Origin: Xylographa opegraphella
Lineage: Eukaryota
Assembly: GCA_022813865.1 (NCBI GenBank)
Contig: JALDZX010000010.1
Location: forward strand, 186,001-250,000
Direction: 5' to 3'
Length of the DNA: 64,000 nucleotides
In this document: one piece after another, positions 1-13,483 of the stretch
Layout: each line of letters starts with the position of its first letter
Numbering within the stretch: position 1 is the first letter of the stretch
Program-made: the position numbers and the translations under genes
The notes under the pieces: model-generated
What the model saw: only the letters and a program-made list of their open reading frames with translations
Database searches by the model: none
What the model was told of the DNA's origin: nothing

Positions 1-1184
1 CCCAGACAAACCCGGCGATGGTGCCATTGAGCCAATCTGAGACCATTGTAATGAAGCAACGCACAATGGAAGAATGGACAGCTGCTCGCAACGAGAGTTG
101 AAATTCAATGTATTGCTATCAAAGACTGGTTTGATTCCTATGCTACATACAATTCAAAATCAACAGGACTTATATAGACCATTTCCAATTGCTCGTTGCA
201 TGGCCTAGGCTACACAGGTACGTACTGATTTTAGCCCCAGGCACCCAACTGTTGACGCGCCATGTCGCTGCACGCCATTCTTGTAGCAATGCACAGGCCA
301 TTTCGATAGTCACTAGCATGAATAGGGAAGGTCGTTATCATCAAGTCGCAGGTTCATTTCATCTGTTTGACCTAGCGAAGAAAGTAGGTCCGGGATAGCC
401 TCATTTCGAGGAACCGGGGCATCATTAACTTCGAAGTAAGGACCAATAGTTTGGGGCTATGATATAGCGCGCCGATACCTTGGCCTTTCAATCCTTATGG
501 CCTACCTACTATTCAAAGCACTCTTATAGTATTCAGAACTTATGTACCGATCTACCTTACGGTTGACGTGGTTCGGTGTCTCTCAAAGCCCAGCAGTCTC
601 AATCTTCACACCCGTCCACACACATATCGCATTTGACTCACATTCACCACACCCCACGAGAAGAGGACGTCTTGTGGCAAGCTAAGCTTCTCTACCAAAG
701 CTATACATCTATCGACCAGCAGAGAAAGGGGCCACCAGAAACCCAAACAATCATCACAACGCATCCATATCTAGCGAGAATCGATTGCCCACATCCGATC
801 CACAACGGTCGTCGATGGAATGCCAAGAATGTCTCCCGAACCTCCTGTACATGGTCAGAGAAGAGAGCAGAACACAAACCGATCACCTTAGCTGAGTATG
901 AGATGCTATCAAGGTAGTAACAACTCAAGGTCTATCTCCTTCCAAACCCTCGAACACTAAAATATGCAGATCTACCACCTCTGCACTAAAATGAAGAACA
1001 AGTGCATGCAAGAAGAGAAAAAGCCAACAACCGCAAATCTCACTGCCCACCGAGGCAGAACATCGTGAGGTGCCTGCACTTTCGTGCACGGCAAAAGATC
1101 GTCGAGCCGAGGACAAATCATCATACATATTCCGAACATCCCGCTATGCGCGACATCTTCTTCTTCGTAGGTGTGTCATCGCCT

Positions 1185-4100
1185 TCAAGCAACGCCTGCT
1201 CCCCTCTTCCTTCTGGAGAACATCCTGGAGAATCCTCCGCTCTCCTCTTTCTCTGGTGCACCATTTCTCCCATAGGCCCGCCCAGTACCCGTGACAATGA
1301 GTGGCTCGGGTGGACCACTGTTTTTCAAAAAGTCGGCTAAGTCCCGCATACTGTTCATGTCATCCCGAGCAGCAGGTCTTGCTTGAATAGGTCGCCCAGG
1401 AGATTTGGGGACGGCGCCACGCGGCCGATCCGTATGGACACTGGTCGGGGGGCTTGCAGGCTTATGCGCATCGAGCTTACTATGCGGCTGCTGAGTCTTA
1501 TATGAGGAGTCCTGTCGGGGGTCGCCATATGAGGGACCACGCGTTGCATCATTCTTGACACGCTGGCCAGGGTTGACGACATTGGCGGAAATCGGTGGAA
1601 GAGATTTCGTGGGTGGTTGTTCGGTAGCGGTGCTGGAGGAGCTGCTACGAGTGAAGCGAGAGCGTACGCTCGTACTGTTTTTACGTGCCATAGAACTCGA
1701 AACGTCGATCGGTGGCGGACTATTACCCGCTTGAGGCGGGGGCACGCTGTTTAGAAAATCAAGGAGACTCTCCTCCTTTTGCTGGGGTTTTGGAGTATGC
1801 GACTCGTCATCCCCGTCACTGTCAAATTCAATGGGATATGGATCTTTAACGCGTCGTTGCTTTCGCGCCGGTTGAATTGGATCCTCGTATCGTGCAGGTA
1901 GTTTCTCGGCCGCTGGTTGAGTAAACGCTTTGGGTGTTTGGCGGCTCGAAGAATCGAGAAGCCCCGTCCTAGAATTGACGGAAGAATGCAGGGACTTCGT
2001 GAAGGAGCTATCTTGAGTACTGGCCAGGCTGTTGGAATCTTTCGCCTTCCCATTCAAGTTACGAATCTCATCAGAATCCATGGTGTTTCGGAACGGAGCC
2101 ACGGTACGCGGGATCCGGTGGTTTCCTTCCGTTCGCTCGTCGGGCGGGCCCTGGCGAATGAAGTCGATTAGGTCGGAGGTTTCATCACTACGACTGATCG
2201 CGGCATCACGAGCTTGCAACCGTGGGCCCCCTTTTTTAGTATGCTTGTTTTCCAAAATCAGTGGCGCAATGATCGGATTCAACCCACTGTTAGTCTTTCC
2301 AGCCGTTCGTGGAACGGTTAATTGTGATGTGCTTTGCGAACGAACTTCATTTGCAGCGGACTGAGGCCTAGGTCCCGGAGCAGGACGTGATACCGGCGTT
2401 TTGGGAAGAGACTTGGTTTGCTCAGGTCCCGTTGATCGGATGAAATCGGCAAAGTCCCTAATATTTTCATTTTCAACTCTGGCATCCCTTGCTACAGGCT
2501 GTGGGCCTCTCTTCAATGACGGTCCGGGACGTACGACAAAACTTGTACCAGAAGGCGCAGAAACATTACCAATCTCAAACGCAAGGGTTTGCTTTGTGTC
2601 GACCGGGTTCGAACGCAATCCGTTGATGCCATTAACAGGCTGCACAGTCGAGCGGCCTGTCGAGGGTCTGGGCTGTTCCACTGATGTGCGGCCGCTACGT
2701 ACCGTATTCACAACCTGTGTGGTTTTTGATGGCGAATGATAAGAAGGAGCTCTGGGCGACTCCGGTCCCTGAAGTCCAGTCAGCGTTAAAGCCGTGATAT
2801 TTGGACCAGGAAAACAAACCTCTATCTCTCGCATAGACTGAGGGGTGAGCGTATACTGTATAGTTTGATCACTATTGATAAGTTGCTCGAAGCTCTGCTG
2901 CCTATCGCCTGACTGCGAGCTTACTCGACGGTGCTTCTCATCACTCGTTGCCTTACTTCCATCACTGGGAGTTCTAGAAGGTACTACCTCTCGAACATTG
3001 TCTCTAGGGCTAGTTGCAGCTTTACTTTTTGCTTTCAAAGAGCCAGGCGAAGTGCCCGATGTTGCAGCATAAAGTGAGCGAAGATCACGGACGCTACTGT
3101 CGGAAGATCGTTCCTGTGGTGTGAGAGGGTCTCGAGCACCAACGAGAGATGGTGAAACACGCTGTACACCGGCCCGGTCCATACCTTGTGCCGGCTGTCC
3201 AGTATGTACAGAAGGAAGCTGACGCCGGAGATCAGAAGTCTTGCTGCCATTGGGTGATGTCTGCGCGCGAGAGATCGCCGGCGAAGAAAAGGCAGCTCCT
3301 TGTCCTTTGGACGAAGCGGGCTTTAGCGAACGTTCTGCATGACTTGGCGCTAAAGACGAATTCTCATCGGATGTATCGTGCGCCGCTTCCATCATTTCCC
3401 GCAATGGTGTGAGCGGTGGAACTCCATTCTCTGTTGCTGGCGGACGAGATTTCTTACTGGAGATTGTTCCGTCAACTTGAAGATCCTTGCCGGAGAGTGA
3501 TGATGCGTCGGAGTTTCGCGAACTATCGAGTGCCGATAAATCCTCGGGGACCACAAAAGCTTCACGCTTTTCGTCTTTCTGATAGTCATCCTCGGTGGGA
3601 CCCTCCATTCCGCGCTGTCTTCCGTGAGTCGAACGAGAAATACCACCTGGCACAACAGTATGGTCCGAAACCCTTTGGGATTTCACATTCTCTGACCGCG
3701 GGTAATCCGCGGCTGGACCTAGATCTTCAACAGTAGTTCCAAGCCTGCCTTCAGTCGGTGCTGAAGAAGCTTTTGCAAAGTAATGCTCATCTTCATCATC
3801 AGCAGGATCGATGGGCGAAACTTCGCCAGATACTACAAAGGTTGGGTCCAATGGTGACACTTCTCCGAGCACATGCGATGGCACACTTGAAGAAGTGCTA
3901 TACCTGGTCTGTGCATCCTCTCTAGCTTTTCCCAGACTTGCAATCAGATATTTGCTTGAGCCACCAATCTCTACTTTTTTTGGTCTGTGGCGTTCTGCTT
4001 TTACTAAATCTTCGGAAATATACTCTTGTGATTCATCATCTGAGGAATCGCTAGAAGGACCCCGAAGTTCCCGAGCAGCATGCTGGGAAATAGCATTCAA

Positions 4101-5663
4101 TACCGAGCCGAAGGGAGATCCTAGGTTTGACTTAGTCATAACGGTCGGGTTTGCTCCTTCGGCGTTGGTCCTCAAATTTTCGTCCACGACATGGCTCACG
4201 AGTCGTGGCGTCGTTCCATCACCATTGGCAGATCGTTTCTCGGCAGCATCAATCGGAACGATTAATCCATCACGAGGAACATGAGAACCAAACGTCTCCT
4301 CGGACTCTGTGGGGAAAGTAAATAGGGTCTGAGTTGGAGTAGGCAATGATTGGGATCGCGGGCGTATGTTCGAGGTCTCGTAGATTGTTTTGATTTTCAG
4401 GATCGACTGTGCCGAGACTTTAGAAGGTTCTTGATCGGGTGGTCGTGCACCTTGAGAACCGCGTGTCAGTTCCGCTGGCACAGCCATGCTGAATCGACGA
4501 CTGCCACGACTGCTGTCAGAGGTTTCACCAGACTTAGGTAATACACGTGGGGAGTATCCCGGAACTTCGATCTCGTCAACATCGTAGTCTGCTAACGGTA
4601 ACGGTATAGATGCCGGTTCAGCTCCGCTCAGCACTTCAGCGACCGAGGGCGTTCGATCCACAAGCGCCCGATCATCAATTGCGCCGATGCTGCTCTTCCT
4701 ACTTGTCGAGCCACTCGATGAAAAACCTTTCAGGGTTCTATGACCTCCCATGTCACGGGCCATGATTCTTGAAATTGAGGATCTAGGGGATCTTAGAAGC
4801 TTCCTCCAAGATCTCCAAAGCCGCCCAAGAGTGGCATTGAGAGCCACCTTTTCCATATCCATCTCTTCAACCACAACTCGTTGGGTCCCACGAGAACGTC
4901 GTGTCTCGCTTCGAAAAGAGTTCTCGCACCTCTTGTATGCTGCTTCCCCAGCTACCATAAGTGCATGCTCACCGATGAATTCGAGGATCGAGGTCAGGAA
5001 AATAGCCACGGCAGGAGAAACAATGCCAATATCTCTGGACAAACGGCGTGGTGTCGTTGGATCCTCAAGATGTTCCTGCTCGATATACATATCTTCGTCT
5101 TCTTCCTCCATATCACCAAGACGAGTATAAACCATGCATCTCAATCGGGTTCTCTTCCATACCAAGTCCAAGTCCCAGTCTTCCTGCCGATCATCCCCAT
5201 TGTGAAAATCCAACAATTCCTCGTCATCCCCACCTCCTAGAAATTCCTGCAACTCTTCGTCGGCACCTGTGATAGCTTCCTTCGCTAATCTTGGTTTCAA
5301 GACCTCAGTTACAGCAGGGCGCAGAGAAGCCAAGGACGTAGAACGGGCGCTGGCCAGAAAATTGAAGAGCAACCTATCGAGGAAGGCGTTGATCAGACTC
5401 AACGAACCAGGTGACACCAACGCGATCTCATTCAACGGTGGGCTAGTATTTTCTTCCTCCCAATCCTGATGCTGACTCTGGTATTCGCTGGTCACGATCT
5501 GTGAAGCTGCAGAAGCGGCTATGTATGCGGGTTCTGGGTTCACGCCGGGAGCCGATACTAACGAGAATGTGGGCGACATGGACGCATGATCTCGTGGGAT
5601 GTTGGAGGACGAATGAGCAGTTTCAAGCTCCAGGAGCTCCGGCCTTGTTGTTAGACGATGCAT
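1185..5663 (-). CDS. Large fungal protein with an N-terminal H2A-like histone-fold segment and a long disordered S/P-rich tail
   Basis: 1492-codon ORF. VSPAVAIFLTSILEFIGEHALMVAGEAA resembles the H2A helix [24 protein letters not shown]. Probable in-frame 51-nt intron 2769-2819 (GTTTGT..GCTGAC..TTCAG on minus). The true start may be the downstream Met (MSPTF, ~5579). Confidence 0.8.
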   Translation of the reverse strand: MHRLTTRPELLELETAHSSSNIPRDHASMSPTFSLVSAPGVNPEPAYIAASAASQIVTSEYQSQHQDWEEENTSPPLNEIALVSPGSLSLINAFLDRLLFNFLASARSTSLASLRPAVTEVLKPRLAKEAITGADEELQEFLGGGDDEELLDFHNGDDRQEDWDLDLVWKRTRLRCMVYTRLGDMEEEDEDMYIEQEHLEDPTTPRRLSRDIGIVSPAVAIFLTSILEFIGEHALMVAGEAAYKRCENSFRSETRRSRGTQRVVVEEMDMEKVALNATLGRLWRSWRKLLRSPRSSISRIMARDMGGHRTLKGFSSSGSTSRKSSIGAIDDRALVDRTPSVAEVLSGAEPASIPLPLADYDVDEIEVPGYSPRVLPKSGETSDSSRGSRRFSMAVPAELTRGSQGARPPDQEPSKVSAQSILKIKTIYETSNIRPRSQSLPTPTQTLFTFPTESEETFGSHVPRDGLIVPIDAAEKRSANGDGTTPRLVSHVVDENLRTNAEGANPTVMTKSNLGSPFGSVLNAISQHAARELRGPSSDSSDDESQEYISEDLVKAERHRPKKVEIGGSSKYLIASLGKAREDAQTRYSTSSSVPSHVLGEVSPLDPTFVVSGEVSPIDPADDEDEHYFAKASSAPTEGRLGTTVEDLGPAADYPRSENVKSQRVSDHTVVPGGISRSTHGRQRGMEGPTEDDYQKDEKREAFVVPEDLSALDSSRNSDASSLSGKDLQVDGTISSKKSRPPATENGVPPLTPLREMMEAAHDTSDENSSLAPSHAERSLKPASSKGQGAAFSSPAISRAQTSPNGSKTSDLRRQLPSVHTGQPAQGMDRAGVQRVSPSLVGARDPLTPQERSSDSSVRDLRSLYAATSGTSPGSLKAKSKAATSPRDNVREVVPSRTPSDGSKATSDEKHRRVSSQSGDRQQSFEQLINSDQTIQYTLTPQSMREIEVCFPGPNITALTLTGLQGPESPRAPSYHSPSKTTQVVNTVRSGRTSVEQPRPSTGRSTVQPVNGINGLRSNPVDTKQTLAFEIGNVSAPSGTSFVVRPGPSLKRGPQPVARDARVENENIRDFADFIRSTGPEQTKSLPKTPVSRPAPGPRPQSAANEVRSQSTSQLTVPRTAGKTNSGLNPIIAPLILENKHTKKGGPRLQARDAAISRSDETSDLIDFIRQGPPDERTEGNHRIPRTVAPFRNTMDSDEIRNLNGKAKDSNSLASTQDSSFTKSLHSSVNSRTGLLDSSSRQTPKAFTQPAAEKLPARYEDPIQPARKQRRVKDPYPIEFDSDGDDESHTPKPQQKEESLLDFLNSVPPPQAGNSPPPIDVSSSMARKNSTSVRSRFTRSSSSSTATEQPPTKSLPPISANVVNPGQRVKNDATRGPSYGDPRQDSSYKTQQPHSKLDAHKPASPPTSVHTDRPRGAVPKSPGRPIQARPAARDDMNSMRDLADFLKNSGPPEPLIVTGTGRAYGRNGAPEKEESGGFSRMFSRRKRGAGVA

Positions 5664-8600
5664 CGTTCCTCCAACAACGCCCTTCTTGCGCGCTGAGTGT
5701 GACCTTCACTGCAAGCACCTCGATGACAATGTGTATCAAGCCCGGAGTTGAAGCATTGTAAGAAGACTGATCCGTCGTGCTGAAGCTGTGATAGCAAGTG
5801 TTGTAGTGAAGTGATGGTCGTTGTCTAAAATGACCATCAGCCGCGGTGCTAGCTGACTTCAACGACGCATCGCTTCAAGTGAAGGTGCTCGGTCTGACAC
5901 ACACAAGTGAATGAGAAGCGGACAGGGTTCCTGGACACTGACAAGGTGGTCGTCGGCGCAAGCTGGGGATTCACAATGCCCGTCAATCCACCGTTGTTCC
6001 CCACCTGAAGGTACTCTGCCCAGCTATTTGAGATGGTGCGAGCAGCCTGTATCCCCGCCCTTCGAGCGGAGGAATCCGATGAAGCGTACGAAGACAGCGT
6101 TCAATGACTAGGAGGGTATATTATCGCGGTCTGTTCCGACGCGGGCAAGCGGCGAGCACAGGAGTCGGCGCTGAATCGATATTGTAGGCCGTTGTCGCAA
6201 TGAATGCAGCTGACCAAGAGCGAAGTATGTAAGATAAGGTGGTACAAAGTAAGATACACGCAACAGGCAAGATGCAGGAGAACGCAGAAGAAGCAGCTTG
6301 CCGAAGAGTGAGTCGGTGCATCCACGCTTCCCTCTGCCACATTGGAGACTAGAGACTGCGACTAGCCTACTCTGGCAGTCTAGATACCTAGTCTAAGCGT
6401 TGCGGCGCAGGGGCTGCCGGGGCCCCTAAATATGGGTATAAGGTCCTACCGTATGTTAAGGTCCCTCTTAGCTGGTCCCCGTGCTCCCTAATAGCCTCTA
6501 CAAAGTACGAAGTACCGTAAGGAGAACGGGTTCATTCGTTCCCTATTATTCTCTCTCTACAAGTATTCATGGAATCATGAGAGATGCAGCGACCGAGCCC
6601 GATCGCTCTCCACCATCCTACCTTAGGGCAGTACCATGTTACTCCTCCTCAGAGATCAGACCCCCCAATTCCCTATTGATTCCGCCAAGACTCACCTCCC
6701 GCTTACCCGCGGCCCTCCAATGGTGAGATATCAACGTCAGGTAAGGTAGGTGGTACTCTACCTTGAAAGGTAATCAAGCATGACTAGCGGCCACCATACC
6801 TCCCTTAGCTCGTACGCTCGTCTTCTCGTGAGATCACGGCCTCTCTGTGAGAAAGTGATCCCATCGAAAAGGGCCTATCGAGGCTGTACACGGCGCAGAC
6901 AGCACGCCGGAGTTTCTTCATGTCTCGGTCGTCCGCCGAGTCACACTGCTTACCCGGTCAGACCGTGGGATCGATCCACCAGCCAACGAACATACGCTCC
7001 TATCGTTGTTGCCGACTGACCGCTGCACCACAACTCCCTGGCTTTCGTGAGATTACAGGTTTGTGGCTGACAATGGGCCCAATACGAGGGTTCGATGTCG
7101 CCGCATCCTCTTGGCTCCAAAACACCAAGCCTCTTGGTCCATGGCTACAGTCCATCAAGGACAACCGAGAGCCTTTGGCAAATGAGGCACCATGTCGCAA
7201 TTCGAGCCACGAATATCCATGATGTATTTCATTCAGCAGTCGAAGAATCAATTATGAGGCAGATATCGATAGTTTGGCTGGTCTGACGGGAAACATGATG
7301 TTGGTGGCCAGTGCCGAACAAAGTACAGCGAGCGATCAATGACCATTGCATTGGATGATCGACGAAGAGATGCCCGCCACTCTTCGCATACCGTGAGAGG
7401 ACAGCACTCGACTGCATTCTTGTCCCACGCCACTACCAAGTGGGCGGTCCAGGTTCAGCCTGGGAGAGGAAATTCTCGTTGCTTCGGAAGGAGGCCATGG
7501 AGGCCACTACTCATGCACGTCGCTCAGCTGTGCCACCCGTCTCGTCAGCCATCCTACGCAATTCTCTTTGCGAGAGATCGCAGTCCAACCCCGCTCCGTT
7601 TCACATCTCTGACTTCTCCACTGTTCCCAAAGTCGACCAGTAGGTCTGATGCAAATTGTCTCTCGAAAGCTTCGATCGATACCTGGAAACCAACATGCTT
7701 CGATTTTGACAGTCCTCGTTTGTGTTTGTGTTTGCCGGGTGATGTTTTGTTTTGTCAATGGCATGTTGAGAACATTTGTTCGAAGTGGTCATTTCGTTCT
7801 CGATTGATAAGTGTACCTACCAGGTCATCAGCTGCGACAACCACCTGCTATCGAATCATGATGGCTACCGCGCGTTAGTCATGTTAACCCTCCGCAAATC
7901 AATGGACTAAGAAGTGTATGGTCAATCAGCACACGCATGTTACATGAACCCAGCTTTAGCACTCAACCTTGACCAACATACTTGGTTCACGACTGCAATT
8001 ACCTTGTAATCGCATGTCGTACTATTTTCCTTATCAACAATCTACTTTTCTGCCAATATCTACATCCCGACTCCGCATTCTGACGTGAATCAAAGCTTTG
8101 CAGCGTCGTCGCTTCCTTATTACCCAGTATTCGTCTGCCGTTCTTTCCGGATCATTTCTCTGCTTAGCAACTTTGCTACATTCATTCATGCAGATCTGGT
8201 GACCTGGTACAGTCCACGCTTGAAGAACAAGGATATTGTTCAGCATGCCGATGGCAAAGCCATCCATCAATGTGACAAAGCCACCCTTCAATGTCCCAAA
8301 CACGCTTCAAGATAAAAGAAATCTATATACGGAGTACACAATTGTATTCAAATTCGTTGTTATCACATACAATCGTCATGACCGGCATTGGCCCCAATAC
8401 CAAAACCAAGGGAATGAACTGTCCTCATCAGCACCACCCAAAATATTCAGTGATTTACAAACAGACCTATGATGTGGAAAATCAAAAAGGCTCCGGTGCG
8501 TTGGATGTAACAAGTCGTTTTTCGATCCGCATTTTCTCCTTTGCCGCCATCGATCAACGTGGATACCGTTTACCAGATCGCCATCAATGGTCGGGCTTCT

Positions 8601-11257
8601 TCGCGGAATTAGCGATGCCCTCCCACATATTCCAATTGGGATCGCGCCTGAGCTGTATTTCCTTGTACCTACAAGATTGACACTTATGACGGACTGCTTC
8701 GGGTCCCGCAATACACACGTTGTGGCACCCATATGATTTACCCTCACATCCACGTCCGGCTGGGCATGGGGAGTAGTTGAAAAGGCCACCCCAATGCTTG
8801 CATGGGGTGTGATAAATGTTGTAGAACCAGCACATGACATCTGCGCTGTCGGCCGGAACTTCACGGCGCCAAGGAGTAGAGGCTGAAGGTTCTCTGTGAC
8901 CAATGTTCAGCATAGTCTGTGAAGTGAGTACGGCGAGATCAGTTTCCGGACGTTGACGCAGATGCTCCTCTCAGCAAACACGGCGTCGTTCTTGTCTTAT
9001 ACTCTTGTTGTTGCTCGGACAAAGTCGCTGTGCATCTTTATTCCGGACCCAGGTGCGTACAAAGAGCATTATAGATGGGCGTCCAGGACATTGTTTGCTA
9101 TGGATACAACGGTCCTGTATCATTGTTGTGGACAATACCCACCTACCCAGCTTCATACCATCTTTCCCTTTGTCACGCCACATCTGTTTGTCTGCAGTTC
9201 AGTGAGGGCGATTTGCGCAAACGACGGCTTGTTTAGTAAGAACATCTGCCCACGCGTTACAACACCCTTGATGTCCTCATCGCATCTTGATCAAGCATCT
9301 TCCAGTGTTACGCGGAACCTCCTCACCCGTGTATCGGTACTTACGATACCGCTTCTTCTTCCGGATGCCGACTTGTCTCGTGAATGGCATGGACAACCAT
9401 TACGGAGTAGGATCGGAAAGTCAGCAGAGAAGAGTTTGGCCGCAAGTCGAAGCAGACGAACCGTGCTCGGCGCTCCGGGCGGCTGTGAAGTGGTGGGAAA
9501 AGAAGCAGCGACCTTTACGTCAGACCGTCATACGAGGACAAGTGGCAGCCAAGATGCGCTGGCAGCAAACGGAAGGATGACCAATGGTGATGTGATGTTG
9601 GGTTCTGCTATGAGAGCCTCCTCCATAGTGATATAAAATTGGCAAACATTCAGCCATGTCACGTGATGGGCGAAGCAGAGCCGCAGACTCCGACCCGCCA
9701 TCAACCCCGGATGATGATACATATTACAAGGTCGGGCTTTGAGCATCGGTGAGGAGACTGCTTCACGAGCATGCGGCGAGGAATAAGGAAGCGAGCTCGA
9801 AGCAAGCCTGTATCCTACTCGCTTTGTCCGCTGACCATTCCTGCCTCCGTTGTTCCCCAGCCCGGGTCAACCATTGCGCTTCGCATACGCAAGTAGCTCT
9901 CTCATCGTATCACTCTAGATCAATCGCCATAGACACTCTTTCCTATATGGACGATGGGACCACCCCGCCGTCCTGAACATTACATGCTGTAATCTATGTC
10001 GCTAACGCACACCACTCCTGTTCTACTGAGGGGATAGACGCCGTAGAACACTGCGGACATGCTCTACGGCTAACGCAAAAATCTTTGGTTTTGATGATTT
10101 CAACCCAGGACCGTAGCATGAAGTAAGGTATCTCTTCGCAGTCCATAAGAACAAAGCAGGCTATAGCTGGATCGATGCACAGGGGAGGCTTGGCATCTAG
10201 TGATCAAGTCCAAGCAAAGAAAAGTACGAGATGGAGGTTGTCTTTATGTATACTGTTGGGCCAATCGAATCACCTTTAGCCAGTAGTCCATGGCTTCCAA
10301 AGTGGCATCGTCCACTTTCCCATTTTCCGATACGTTGCCTCTCTGCGTGGGGCCGAGCAGCAGTAGTCAGGGGATTGAGTCACGGCGCCTCTCATTGGCG
10401 CGATAGCATGGAGATGGCGAGCACGCTAAGATATGCTAGGGCGGTGCCGGAGATCTCGAGAGCTTTGGTGCCAGTTGCAGGCAAGCTGCGTTCTCGGAGC
10501 CATTATCAATGGTGATTCTTCCTCCCCACCACCAAGGTCGGACGACGCAGCTACAGCTTCTGCATCTACCTACCGTAGCGGGGAGACGCGGCCGGTGCAA
10601 AGAGGTTGCATGCTCGGACGAACGTGGCAAGGCGGATCAGCGCCTCCGCCGCAGCGGTCGTGCTGTCCTTGGCCCATGCGGGTGAGGAATGTACATCATC
10701 TCCCATTCTTTAGCCGTGGGGAATGACCTCACCGCGGAGTCGGTGTCGTGCTTATCGTCGAACGACGGCAACGAACCTCGAGCCCAGTGAAGTGACAGCT
10801 GTGATGCCATGTGCCACGGGAAGCAGCAGAAGGAGATGCACACACCCCCAATATGAATGAAAGTGTTCTCCTGCGCGAGAGAAGGGCCGAACAGGGACGC
10901 GATGAAGCTGTCGCAGGAGCAAGGCCTGCAAAGATGCTGGAGTAACATCCACACCCATAGATCTACTCCGTACTTCGATAGACTCTCTGGGGCTGCCTAT
11001 CAGAACTAGCGGGCTTCAAGCCGCGCCAGGAGGCGAATCCACCCCACGCACAACCACCGTCTTGGCAAAGCAGCACCAGCCCACCGGCCATAGTTTAAAG
11101 CCCCGATCACCTCCCTCCCAGTCTTCCACCCCCCTCGTCTCCCATTCACTTTCACACCCATTGCTCCGCTCACTCCCAACTCACCCATCGCCTGAATAGC
11201 TCTACCGCACCGTAGCTGCCCCAATCACCCAGCACGGGACACCTCCAAGCCGCAAAC

Positions 11258-12872
11258 ATGGTCAGTCACGCTCGCTCTCAAGGCTGTGTCGCGCATACTG
11301 ATAAGAGCTCGCAGGCCGAATCAACCACGGTTTCCAACTACAGCAACGTGAGTGCCCCGGGCACTGCGAAGACAGAGCACTGGGAGACTAATCACGCTCG
11401 ATTCAGCTGGAGAAATACATGAATCTTCCCCAGAAGGGGAAGATCATGGCCGAGTACGTGTGGATCGATGGCTCGAACGGCGTCCGCAGTAAAAGCAAGG
11501 TTCGTCGTCCTCTTTCCCTTCGTGAAGTCCCCCATTCAATATCGCCGGGGCGCATCATCAATTCCTATTTTTGTCCCTCCAGCTGCTGCACTCATCCCAC
11601 GCTGCTGCAACCGGCTGCATTCGCGCTTCGCCTGTGCTTGGGCTCAAAACGTCATCGCCCATTTGCCTGCACTCGTATCCGATAAGCGGCCGAACCACAC
11701 GGCAATCCGAACCCTACTGCCCGAACATCAAACACTTCCACTCCACGTCCGCAGATGGACCGAAACGACCTGGTGGCTGATCTTCTATTCTTAGACTCTC
11801 TCCAAGCCCGTCTCGAGTCCGGATGAATTGCCCGAATGGAACTTTGACGGTTCCTCTACCGGCCAAGCCCCCGGCGATAACTCCGATGTCTACATTCGCC
11901 CCGTCGCTATCTTCCCCGATCCATTCCGTCTGGAACCCAACATTATCGTGATGTGCGAGACCTGGGACCCAGATGGGAGCCCCAACAAGTTCAACTACCG
12001 TCACGATGCCGCCCGCCTGATGGAAGCGAACAAGCAGCACGAACTCTGGTTCGGTCTCGAGCAAGAGTACACTCTCCTCGGAATCGATGACCGCCCATAC
12101 GGCTGGCCCAAGAACGGCTTTCCGGGTGCCCAGGGTCCTTACTACTGCGGTGTCGGGACCGGCAGGGTGTTCTGTCGTGATATCGTCGAGGCTCATTACA
12201 AAGCCTGCATGTATGCTGGGGTACAAATCGCTGGTACCAATGCTGAGGTCATGCCCGCGCAATGGGAATACCAAGTGGGCCCGTGTGAGGGCATTGAGCG
12301 TAAGTGGGCGCCGCGCATCAACGTCTAGCTTGCCTTGCTGATTGTGTCACTTGCAGTTGGTGATCATCTCTGGATGTCACGTTTCCTCCTCGCTCGCGTA
12401 GCCGAAGAATTCGGTGCCAAGGTCTCATTCGCGCCCAAGCCTATCCCAGGTGACTGGAACGGTGCTGGTCTCCATACCAACGTCTCAAGTGCTGAGATGC
12501 GCAAAGACGGAGGCATGAAGCATATCGAGGCAGCGATGAAGAAGCTCGAGGGCCGTCATGTCGACCACATCGCCGTGTACGGAGAAGGAAATGCTGATCG
12601 CTTGACTGGAAGTCACGAGACCGGCAGCATGGACAAATTCACATGGGGTGTGGCCGATCGTGGTGCCAGCGTTCGTATCCCACGTCAATGTGCAAAGGAA
12701 GGAAAGGGATACTTTGAGGACAGGCGACCGGCCAGTAACGCTGACCCATATCAAATCACCGGTATCATTGTTGAGACGGTGAGACACTGTGCTTGGAATA
12801 CGTATCTTCAGAAGCTAATCGACTGTCCAGATCTACGGTGGACTGCCAGAGGAGAAGATGGATAAAGAATAG
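11258..12872 (+). CDS. glnA: Glutamine synthetase (GSII), 6 coding exons
   Basis: Exons 11258-11260 (ATG only), 11315-11347, 11407-11499, 11795-12299, 12357-12778, 12831-12872. Motifs [61 protein letters not shown]. Confidence 0.98.
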
Positions 12873-13483
12873 ATAGTGCCGAAGCATTACGCTGGGAAGC
12901 TTGGAGTGTCGTGGGAGGAGGTTTCGGTTGTCAGGATAATGCGAAAGGGCCTGCGTCTCTGATCGGGGGCATTCTTGACCTCATTAGGTGGTTCCTGCTT
13001 GCTCACTTGCACGGGCTATCTTTGCACATAGTCTACCAGAATGCAAGCGACCGATTGAAACAATCCTCTGTAAACTCGTCGAACTTCTGTAAATTGTATA
13101 GAGCATACTTGTAGGTTATCGAAGAAATAAGGTATCGAAAGATATCGAAGCTAAGTTGGCGAAGTGTCTTCGCATTGCCTTGAGTCGAAGTCGGGTATCG
13201 TTGCAATTTCCTCTTGGCGATAGGACAACACCAAAAAAGCCCATACCACCTTGGATCTCAGCTCCCACCACATTCCTTACAGTCCAGACTTTCCAGTGGC
13301 ACATGTTACCGCTCCACAATCTTTCAATGATACTGCACAACCCACGGCTACCAATGCCTTGCTCGACATGACCATCGCCTTCACCACCACCCATCCCCAC
13401 CGGCGCGGCTTCTCACCACCATCTCACAACCCAGCTCCTTAGCTCCACCACGACCTCTAATCCACCACCCACCCTCCACTACC

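Noticed and set aside
8953..9636. 227-aa ORF in the long intergenic region upstream of glutamine synthetase
   Set aside because: Non-ATG start, no recognisable motifs, composition not protein-like.
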